From positions 9,982,001 through 10,046,000 of the forward strand of contig NC_086376.1 in assembly GCF_036588685.1 (NCBI RefSeq): a stretch of DNA of 64,000 nucleotides, given 5' to 3'. Position numbers and translations under genes: made by a program. The notes below the pieces were generated by a model. It was given only the letters and a program-made list of their open reading frames with translations. It was not told the DNA's origin and made no database searches. This DNA comes from Mytilus trossulus (Eukaryota). Below, piece by piece: positions 29,001 through 41,000 of this stretch. Positions within the stretch are counted from its first letter, which is position 1. Every line of letters begins with the position of its first letter.

Positions 29001-32000
29001 ACTACTGACACCAGTTTTGTAAAAATTCGAGGAGCACATGTTGGGCCAAAGCACATTGCTTTCCATTGATAATATTGATTTGCTATGCAAAACCTCATGT
29101 ACGGACGATGTTTCTGAAAAATTGGTACATGGAAATATGCATTGCTCAGATCTATTGAAATTGCCCAATCTTTTGGTTTCACTAGATTTATGACTGCTCA
29201 TTGTGTCCATCTTGAAATGGACTTTCTTTAGATGTGCATTTAATGGTTTTAAATTTGTCACAGGTCTCATTTTCCCGTTTTTCTTTGGCACCAGAAATAG
29301 TGTACTGTAAAAACCTGTGAGAGATTCCGAAAAAATACTTTTTCTATAGCATCTTTTTCTAATAAAGAATTTATTTCTGCCAAACACAGGGGCGTAGCTA
29401 GGTATTCAGCCAACTGTAGGCACCAATCGGCAGGGGGTATGGGGGCCACTTAAGTCCCCAGTAGGTCCAGGGCAGAGCCCTGGTAGGGGGTTCAGGGGGG
29501 CAAAGCCCCCCTGACGGAAAACGGTTTTAAGCATTTTAGCTGTTTAATTTTATGTATAAAAATATTAAATTTACTGGTTATTTATTCTGACAAGTGAATT
29601 AGGTAACGCAGTACAATCGGAAATATGGAGAAAAAAATCACAATATGCACTGCCCAGCGTAGATCAGCGTATCCATTTAATGAAGCAGTACACCCTGTTT
29701 GGTATTTTCATATCTATTCCGTTCTGATTGATATATACCGGTACGTATAACTTAATTAATAGTAAATATTGTGAAGATCCTTCATTAAAAAAAAAAAGGA
29801 ATCCACGTAAAAACTAATATTTCTATATAATAAAACGATCTGTTTGGCTAGACAAAAATTATTAATCTTTTTTTATTCTTATTAACCTTCACCCTAGCCA
29901 CACAAACACATACACACAGTTCTGTTCTGTTCATACCATCGTAACAAAATTCAAGAAATGCATATTTCTTTACTAGTATCCTCTACTACAAATCCTTACA
30001 TGTTTAGGAATTTGGACAATTTATTGTTTACAATAAATACATACAACAGGGAGCTAGGTCCTGTAATAGGTGTCGTCCAGAACGAAGGTCTGGAAATTTG
30101 AAAATGCATGTGCATTTGAAAATGAGGGATAATGGATAGGAGCAGAAATTCTGCCTTTTAGTAGACCAACTACGAACTCCCCAAAGAGCGGCATTCTCTC
30201 TACAACTAGGCATCGGATTTAATGTCCCCATTTTGACCTAACGTGACTGCGTATTTATACATCCTGCACGGACAAACAACATTGGCAAATAGGGTGAAGG
30301 CAAAATGGAAAGCTAGTTGAAAACTAACAACTAGTTAAAGTAAAACACTCATGTGTCTAAGTTGAGGTCCATTCAAGTTTTTGTTGATTGAAGTGAAATG
30401 ATCTGAACCAACTAATTAAGTTCTAGTTTATAGATTCTATATACTAGTAAGGTAAAATCATAATAACATTCATTTCTATCCAACATTCCATTCACTAAGA
30501 ACGAGAGACTAGTGTGCACATGACATTCGATAATCAAAGAGTTTTGACAACTTTTGGCGTTCATCTACAGATAACGTTGTTTATCATTTTTTATTTTGTG
30601 GATAAAAAAAAAATATTTGTGAAAAATTATGTGTAGGCACGTGCCTAAAGTGCCTAACGGCAGCTATGCCCCTGAAAAATATATCTGCGTTTTTGTGAGA
30701 TAGTATTGTTTTCTTGATGCCTGTCCATGCAGGTCTTTGAAGAAATTCCAGTTTGTAACCTTCCTCTATTATAGAAAGTACCCACTGATCTGTTGTTATC
30801 ATTTTCCAATTTTGAAGAAAATATTTTAGACGCCCCCTTACCGGAATCTCTGTTCACATCATTAAACATGAGCCTACCTTTGAGTCAACTGTTGTTCTTT
30901 TTGGGGATCCGAAAAGACCCCCAGCTACTCTGACCAGTCTTGTTGGTCTTGTCCTTATTTGACTCTTTTGCAGGACCCTTATAGCCTTGATTGTCTCTTT
31001 GTGGCTGTCTCCCACTATTTGATGCCTTAGGCACATTGAACCTATTGTTATTTGAGCCTTTAGTCTTATTGGCATTAACAGTATTATGCTCAACATTGAA
31101 CTTGGGAGTTTTATTTTGCCAATCTCGGTAAAAATCTGCCCTTCTCTTCCTACCCTGACCTAGTTCAGGTAATAAATCTTTCAATTGATCTTTTTGTTCC
31201 TTGCGCTTTTCAAGGCATGTCTTAAGACCATTCCCAAAAACACCTTCTCCTGATAGAGGCAAATATTGAGTTTTGTCTTTTATATCAGACAAATTCACAA
31301 GACCTGATTCATGTGATGCAGCCTTACGTCTGACTAAATGAAAGAATGCACCAGTCCTACCCGACTGGTCCAAAGACTTAGTTGACATTGAGAACAAATC
31401 TTTTACAATTTGACAACATGATTCTTTCTCCTCATGCTCTAAAGACGGAGAATTTTCAAGCTTCCTAAGCAGAGTACCCATTGTCTGTTGCATATACATG
31501 CCTGAAATCACATTCATTCGAGACGCCATTTGTCCTTGATATGAAAGTTTTTCAATTTGTTTTAAAGGCTGTGTATATAATTGCCTATGGGCAGTATCCC
31601 ATGACTTAACTGCCTTTGGCCCATGGTTCTTTCTCATCATTGGCTCTAGCAAGTCGTCCAAACTAGGAACTTGCAAGAACTCTACAGCACTATCATGCAC
31701 AGGAAAACAACTCGTGTATTCCTCTCTATAAGCGGAAAGTTTCTCTGGGTGCTGACACCGCCAGGAGTTTTCCAAAATAGTGACTTGAGCCTGATCCATA
31801 ATCAACCCAACACTACCTTTATCATTGCTTGAGGCAATATCCTCACTAAAACAATTCTGACAAAACATTGTGTCTAGTAATATTGTCTGAGCTTAACTCA
31901 ACATCTTTGTTTACATCATTTGAAACAGATTTTAATTGTACATGTTTCATAAACCTTTCACCTTTTCTAGCAACACTACCTGTTGACTGCTCAAATCTAA

Positions 32001-35000
32001 TTTCGCTCTCATTATCTGACTCATTGTCAGAGCGAATGTCACCAAGTATATCCCTTTCTATCGGATAAACACGGATAGAAATTTCCGACCTTGCGTCGAA
32101 ATCTATATTCCTAGAAATTCTAGGAGAACCCAAATCCTCGTCTAGATTCGAAACTAGTGGAATAATGGGTCTAAGAGTGTCAGATCTGAGCAAACCTTGT
32201 GTTTCTCTATTCTGACCCCTTGAATCTGGATTAGTTTCAGATCTGGGCATACCTTGCGTATCCCTATTCTGAACTATACTCTTGTTATTTGCCCCTCTAT
32301 TATTGGCTAACGACTGCATCATGCTAATTAATGTATCAAATTTACTATCAAAATTGTCTTGCAAACCTTTTATTTTCTTGTCATATTCCTGCTGCAATGC
32401 AGTTGACTTTGACGGCTTTTTCTTCGTCTTACCAGTGGTTTTGGTTCTGGACATATCTTCACTTGCCGGTAAAAAAAGATGGCGTATCTTTGTTTACCTC
32501 CTCCGAATTCTCGTGCACCTCGAGATTGGAATCCATACTCATATATATATTTAAATTTTCAATTTAAACGATAAATTATTAAAACTTTGTTAATTAAAGA
32601 AGTCTTCAATAGAAACAAACTAAATTTCTAATTTTTGTTGAAAACTTTGCAGCGACGAGAACATCTGTTCGCTAGCTCGCAAAAATTAAAACTGATGAGA
32701 ATACCTGTATATTTACCTGTAGTGGGGTGTATTACACAGGTAAGGTGATCGGACATCTTAGGGATGTTTTTATTTCTAGATCACCTAGATGTTTGCGATG
32801 AGAACTAGTTAACACGAATTATATTCTAATTTAATAAATGTGAATTTTCACTGGTAGGTATAATGAATATTATTAAAAATATATGCATATAAGTAGTTGG
32901 CAATAAAAACATGCCTTTCTGAAATACAAAATTTTATATAATATTACAAAATTCCTACATTATGGGGACAATTAACTAAATTTTACTTATTTGCCTATTT
33001 TAGCTGCAGCCAGTGGTCCAACGAGTGGTCCCAAGTATTACAAAAAACACAATACATCTGTTAAAGTGGTGAAAGGAGATCTTGGCACTCAAAAGGTATA
33101 TAGCTAAACATAGATCTTAACAAAAAAAGTGGAAACTTAGAATTAATCACCGTTAATAATATTAGGCCACAACTAACAAATAATTCTTTGGATTTAGGGC
33201 ACATGTTTTTGACAGATGAAGCTTTAACATTATAATAATAATAGGAAAATGATTTTAAACATGCCACAGTGTAGATTCCAAAATCAAAATGTATGTTTTT
33301 AAATAAAATCTCATTTTCAATTCCTGCAATTATAATGTTAAAACTACAATCCCTGTTCCCTATTCACCTATATTTGTTATAAGCAGTTGAAAATTACAGA
33401 ATTGTGAACGTTTGTATGTAAATCAATTCTGAAATGAAGCCAAATGATTTGATTTAACTTTGTTTTGCTATAGTTAATGCTTATTATGTTATTTCTATTA
33501 ATAGGTTGATGTTTTGATTTGTGCCGTTCCCAAAGATTTAAATTTAGAAAGTGCTGGTGGGGCTGGTAAATCATTGATGCTAGGTCTCGGTAACGCTGTA
33601 CAAAATGATATACTTGGTCAGCATCCAGGCGGGGTCACCAATGGGGGATTTGCTGCAGTGAAATTATCATCACCTCCAGGGCAATGTAAAAGTATTTACT
33701 TAACATCCCTAGATTCCTGGAATGACCAGAAGACAGTTCCAAAGGATGAAGATAAAGTGAGTATTCATAGTGGACAAAATTGTAACATTCAGTTAATCAT
33801 AACTTTTACAACTCTTATGAATGACATGCTCTAAAACTGACTTAGAATAATCAATATTAACTGGTCTCTGTTATGTTAAGTTCTATTTATTCCCTACAGT
33901 AAATAATAAAGTATTTCTTATAGTAAAGTACTAATAATTGACTTTTCTGAATGGTAACACTTGATTTTGAAATAAATTAATAAAAAAATGTCCAAAATAT
34001 TTGTAAACTTATAGGATATGACAGTGTGAGTAGGGCATCTGTGTACAATTTTGTACTATGGACACATTCTTGTTTAATTTTGTGTCAAAGTACTATAAAT
34101 GTGTATAAAAGTAGTACAATAAATGAAAAATAAAGCACACAACTTTGTTCTTTGAAATGCCATTCTAATAGCTTTAAGGTGACTCTGGCCTATTGGAAGT
34201 TTCTATTAGAAGTGCTGTATTTTTGGTTATTTTATTCTTTAAAGAAAATGAATCAAATTGGTCGGGAAAAAATAGGGGGTCACAGACATTTAAGCTCAAA
34301 ATTTTACTTTTAAACATGTATGTAAAAGGGACCATTTTTCAATGAAATGATAGGAAAATACAGGTGTTGACATATTTTTATCGGTATATCAAAAAAGCAT
34401 TCTATGACAATTGGTCTATAACTGTAATATGAAAAGCTGGAATATAGTTTCAAAGAATGAGCCAATAAAAAACATAGGTCACCGAATAGGAAAAAAAAAA
34501 TTTGCCTGAACACCCAAATTTTAGCGGTATAATGGGGAAAATGGGCGAAATGTCATAACAAATATGGATAATAACGAAAATATTCTATTAGTCACAAAAA
34601 TACAATGATTAAACATTTCTAACCAATCAAAATGTTTAAAAAAATTATATCGAATTTACGACAAATACTTTTGTATTTCATTCGTGAAATTATGGGCAGT
34701 CAAATAGTCCCAAACCATATAATACAGTTACAGGGGAGGTAATGACGTTGCTAACGTAAAATGTTATTTTCACGATGTCAAACTATGACATTTTGGGAAA
34801 AGATGCATTTTTGACTGATTTTTATCGTTCAAACTGATTTATTTTAAAAACAAGTGCATGGACCCCTATTTTTTAAAACAACATTTTGTTTCATTTTGCA
34901 GGGAGATTATATTGACCAAATTTTATAAAACTGTTAATAGTGCATTTTTTTTAATTTTGATAAATATACAGCAAAAAATTGCATATTTTTTCTCAATTCA

Positions 35001-38000
35001 TGACAATTTGATAAATGTGACTTATTTTTGAAAAAAATTCTTTAATTTTTATATTATACTTATAAAATAAAGAAATTGCAAATTATTTAACAAAAAACAA
35101 TTTGTTTTTATCTTTTAAAACAAAAAGTTATGGATTTCTTTCGAAAAGGGAAATATGCCCAGAAATCCGATTTTTTAGCAAATATACAAAATTTCGACCT
35201 CATTTAACTCAAAAAGTAGCACATGGAGGTATATTTTTTATTACATATTTGATAAAATCAGGCATTAATTAGCCTATATAGAAATTTTCATCAAACTGTA
35301 AATACGGGATCAAAACTGTATCGTATGCCCTTAATAGTAAAACATTTCAGATAAAAACACTGAATATCACACAAATAAAATCACAAGTTGACAACAGTTT
35401 GACACTGTAAAGTTAATTCTTTCGAAATATTTTTTTTCAGCAAATCTGTAAGTTTGTGTACCAATGCCTGGAGACTGCTGAGAAAAGTGGTTACAAATCT
35501 ATCGGTATACCAGCCATGGGAACTGGGACGATCGGATATCCACATCAGCTAGTGGCTAAGTACATGTATGACATGGTGGAAAAGTTTGTAACTAAACACA
35601 AAAGTAGCAAGCTGACAGATGTAAAGTTAATTGTTCATAGCAAAGATGTCAAGTCTATTACGGTAATTTTAATCTTACTGTCATTGATGTAACATAAGCT
35701 TATAAGGAACTTGATGTACTGTAAATTCAGAAAATACCTCACAATAATTTCTGAATTTCAGGTATGATAATGGGAGGACGTTTTTTTTAAGGAGAACAGG
35801 TGTCAAGAAAATATATATCATTTACTAATGAAAAAAACATTAAATAAAAGAAGAACTTGATAGAATCATCAAATAGATATCTTGGTTTTGAAAAATTAAA
35901 TGAACAGATTAGAGGATCTTAGGGAAATAAAAAATGTTCATTTGCTTTCCAGTATATTGCTTTATAACAAAAACATGAGCAAAAAAAAGAGGCAGCATAT
36001 TGATTTAAAAAAACAACTGAATTAGATATATGAAAAATTATAATACAAATTTTAATAATGGGGAAACACTTTATCATGTTTATGAATAATAAAATTGAGA
36101 ATGGAAATGGGGAACATGTCAAATAGACAATAACCCAACAAAAGAGAAGATAGCAACATATACCGGTATATGAATGATTTTTCGTGTGTATAACTGTATG
36201 ATGATTTATTTACCAGGCATTTTATGATGAAGAAAAGAAAAGGTTACCTGCTCCAGCTTTTGTACCACTAGCCCAGGCTCATGGTCACCAAAAGTTTGCC
36301 TCTGGTGATAGTTCTGGTAGCACCCAAGTAGTTCCCAAAGTACTCAGTGATACTGGTAAGTTTGGGTTTAGCATATACCAGTATATAAAAATATTTTGAT
36401 TGTGAGGTAAAAACTTTTGATTGCATCATTTAATGTGATTTTTATCACATGAGTATAAAACAAATATTCTTCATTTGAATCTTTTGAAAACAGCTGTCTA
36501 CTTGGCCTTCTAAATCATCAGTGTTACTGTGTATCTTGAAGATGACTTCTGTATTTTCATTTGATATCTTAGTTTTTTCATTTAGTCTATAATTCGCCAT
36601 ATATCTTGATTATTAAAGTTATAAGCACTGTGCGTAAAACTTTTTTTTTTTAGAGTTCCAGGTTGGGAGTGTAAAGTTAACAGTAGAGAAAGGTGATATT
36701 TTATCAAAGAAATGTGGTGCCATAGTAAATGGAACTAATCATGAGTTTGACCTGACTAAAGGTTAGCAGTTACAATTTCAGTATGAAAATATGATTTGAG
36801 AATACTACCTTTTAAACTATCAATAAAATTGAGAATAGAAATGGGGAATGTATCAAAGAGACAACAACCCAACCATAGAAAAAACAACAGCAGAAGGTCA
36901 CCAACAGGTCTTCAATGTAACAAGAAATTCCCACACCCGGAGGCGTCCCTCAGCTGGCCCCTAAACAAATATATACAAGTTCAGTGATAATGAACCCCAT
37001 ACTAATTTCCAAATTGTACACAAGAAACTAAAATCAAAATCAAAATATCAACAATACTTATCAAGTACATTTAGATCTAACATGTAGCTTTAATAAGATT
37101 CACGTTATAGAAAATAATCAGTATTTATGTGCTTATTAATCTTATGATGCACAAATGGTTTGTGTATAGAAATCTTAAAAGTAAGACACTGAGTTAGGTT
37201 ACAATAGGTTGCATTTTTTGTTCATTTCAATAAGTTTTCACTAAATTTGACCTTTTTTTAATAAGTTACAAATTGAGGTTTGCTTATATAGAATGACAAC
37301 ATATGCAACTTGTTTTAATGAACACATTTATTTATTAAAGGTGCTGTTTCTCAAGCTTTAAGAAAGAAATGTGATGCTAAAAAGCTGGATCTTGAGGTCT
37401 CTAAGAAAAGTAAGTGTATAGACTCTATAAATACAAATCAGAAAGCAAATTAAAAAAAAATGCAAAAAGAAGAAGTATACTTAAAGGGAACAATCTGACA
37501 TCATATTATGTAACTTTGTTAAAAATTTGATTGTTATTGCTGAATTTTTTAGTTTATTCAACATTTGACTTTCTGCAATGTAAAATCTAGAAATCATTCT
37601 AGTCAAAAAGTACATAGTGGCAAGGTGACATCAATTTTTGAGGAATATCTAAAATTGTTTATTAGTCTTGTATATCCAGTAGTAATGAGTCTAATATAAA
37701 TGTTATATTATTCTTCAGTGCACTGATAAAAAGCAGGATCTGCAAAATTATGAAGGAAATGTCAAAAAGTGTTTTTTTTTATTTTCAGAGGATGAAATGA
37801 AGCAGTTTGGCTATGCAAGAACAAGTGGTTGTGGTTTACCTTGTGATCATATAATACATATCTCCTCTCAACATAAGCCACATGAATGGAAAAATATCAT
37901 TAAAAAAGCTCTGGCAAAAGCTGATAAGAAACAGATTAAAACAATGGCATTCCCTGCTTTAGGAACAGGTATAATTTCTACTAATAATTATACCCCATGC

Positions 38001-41000
38001 AACGAGTTGCGGAGGGTATAATCTTTTTCACCCGTCCATCCGTCTGTCAGTCCGTCTGTCCGTCAGTCCTGTTTCTTGTCATCGCAACTCCTCTCAAACC
38101 ACACAACAGAATTTCAAGAAACCTTTTCAGATAGTAAGGACATACTGTGTAGTTGTGCATATCGACGGGAAATTGCGATTCAATTTTTTTTCTAGGAGTT
38201 ACGCCCCTTTGAACTTATTTACTTTAATGTACTACTGCAACAGTTTGTCATCGCAACTCCTCTCAAACCACACAACAGAATTTCACGAAACCTTTTCAGA
38301 TAGTAAGGAAATACTATGTAGTTGTGCATATCGACGGGAAATTGTGATTCAATTTTTTTTCTAGGAGTTACGCCCCTTTGAACTTATTTACTATAATGTA
38401 CTACTGCAACAGTTTGTCATCGCAACTCCTCTCAAACCACACAACAGAATTTCACGAAACCTTTTCCGATAGTTAGGAAATACTATGTAGTTGTGCATAT
38501 CGACAGGAAATTGCGATTCAATTTTTTTTCTAGGAGTCACGCCCCTTTGAACTTATTTACTATAATGTACTACTGCAACAGTTTGTCATCGCAACTCCTC
38601 TCAAACCCCACAACAGAATTTCACGAAACCTTTTCAGATAATAAGGACATACTATGTAGTTGTGCATATCGACGGGAAATTGCGATTCAATTTTTTTTCT
38701 AGGAGTTACGCCCCTTTGAACTTATTTACTATAATGTACTACTGCAACAGTTTGTCATCGCAACTCCTCTCAAACCACACAACAGAATTTCACGAAACCT
38801 TTTCCAATAGTAAGGAAATACTATGTAGTTGTGCATATCGACAGGAAATTGCGATTCAATTTTTTTTCTAGGAGTCACGCCCCTTTGAACTTATTTACTA
38901 TAATGTACTACTGCAACAGTTTGTCATTGCAACTCCTCTGAAACCACACAACAGAATTTCACGAAACCTTTTCAGATAATAAGGACATACTATGTAGTTG
39001 TGCATATTGACGGGAAATTGCGATTCAATTTTTGTTCTAGGAGTTACGCCCCTTTGAACTTATTTACTATAATGTACTACTGCAACAGTTTGTCATCGCA
39101 ACTCCTCTCAAACCACACAACAGAACTTCACGAAACCTTTTCAGATAGTAAGGAAATACTATGTAGTTGTGCATATCGACGGGAAATTGTGATTCAATTT
39201 TTTTTCTAGGAGTTACGCCCCTTTGAACTTATTTACTATAATGTACTACTGCAACAGTTTGTCATCGCAACTCCTCTCAAACCACACAACAGAATTTCAC
39301 GAAACCTTTTCAGATAGTAAGGAAATACTATGTAGTTGTGCATATCGACGGGAAATTGCATTCAATTTTTTTTCTAGGAGTTACGCCCCTTTGAACTTAT
39401 TTACTATAATGTACTACTGCAACAGTTTGTCATCGCAACTCCTCTCAAACCACACAACAGAATTTCACGAAACCTTTTCAGATAGTAAGGAAATACTATA
39501 TAGTTGTGCATATCAACGGGAAATTGCGATTCAATTTTTTTTCTAGGAGTTACGCCCCTTTGAACTTATTTACTATAATGTACTACTGCAACAGTTTGTC
39601 ATCTCAACTCCTCTGAAACCACACAGCAGAGTTTACCACACAACAGAGTTTCATGAAATTTTGTAGATAATAAGGACATACTATTTAGATGTGCATATTG
39701 GCAGGAAATTATTTTTTCTTATACAATTTTTTTTTCTTTCACTTATCTAATTTCTCCAATGACAATGTGGGGACGTGGGGTATGTGAGTGTGCTCACTAA
39801 GGTTCTTTAATTTACTAAAGAATCGTGATCATATCATCAAGTATATGGGCAGAATATATCTATAAGACATACAATTACCACTCAAATCATACAATAACAA
39901 ACTAGGTATGCAACCATGTGCTTGTCAACAGGTGTTGAACATATACAAACACATGTGCTTCAGGTATGATATTATTATGCTGACAGTGGACCTTTTAAAG
40001 TAATTAATTCTTTCATTTTGAAAGAAATACACAAGACTAATGCAAAAGCATGATATATAAATATAAGAAAAAATGTAGGTTTGAATATTTATCTATTCTT
40101 TTTTTCACATATTTTGTAGATACTATAATGAACAAAAAAAGTGAGGGCACTATTACCAGATGAAATAAGTTCATGAAAAAACTGTAAAAGTTTTAAATAA
40201 CATCAATAAGACAAACACATTTTATTTTTCATTAAGGTTTCATTTTCTATCTATGTATAAGATATCAAGGTAAAATTGTGATGTGTATTACAATTGTTTG
40301 ATATTGTTCTTGAGCACGATTATCTGTATTGTTTTAAAATTATGAAAAGCCTAAGGCACCGAAACATGTCAATCTGACTTAAGCTGCTGCAGTAGCAATC
40401 ACAAAAGTTACATGTAATGTGTATTATCATCAAAGCCCTGTATACCTAATCTATTGAAGATTTACTAGTCTTTAGTTCACTCGTCTATGAAATTTTTATT
40501 TGTGAAATGATTTTCTTTGCAGGAGAAAGTGATACACAAGGTATTCCCTTCTAAAACATTTGTCTAATAAAAAAAGTCTATTGAATGTAGCTTCTGCTCA
40601 GCTTATTTCACTATTTAAATTGTTGAACCAATTTAATTTTAATATTAATATGTTCGTCAATATCGAGAAAAGTAAACAATTCTAATTATTTCTTTTTAAT
40701 TTACTTGCATATCTTTGATTGCTATTGTATGAAACTTTAAACAGATTAACAGAAGGAATTTGTAAATTGTTTGCAAGTTGTATGTTGCTGCCTCAAGCTG
40801 TGCAAATATAAAATCCTCCTTCCTAGCCAAAATTTCTCATAAAATAGATTTTAAAACTCATATACAACAGGGCAGTCAAAAATCATATAAAATTCAATAA
40901 AACCATAAGTACCACAAAAAAGCAACAAAAAGTCAATCAACAATAACAAAACACTGTACATAATAAACTTTTGATACAGAGAGATTTCTGGCCTGTTCAT

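Larger units (their letters stand above)
25096..32880 (-). mobile_element. DIRS1-like tyrosine-recombinase retrotransposon, full length but inactivated
   Basis: Inverted terminal repeats at about 25146-25319 and 32681-32853; internal complementary region at about 25384-25499; gag-like, RT (YLDD), RNase H (TTDAS, HINCLE, SDNT), methyltransferase-like and YR (RRCSDL, AHSTR, FY) coding segments on the minus strand. Confidence 0.93.

Noticed and set aside
26880-29387. 835-aa ORF as an intact functional gene
   Set aside because: Chimeric: both ends run into inserted transposons, it includes a frameshift, and the YR catalytic C-terminus is cut off
38155-39546. Repeated 69-aa ORFs (MHIDGKLRF...)
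   Set aside because: Translations of the 169-bp satellite unit, with no coding evidence
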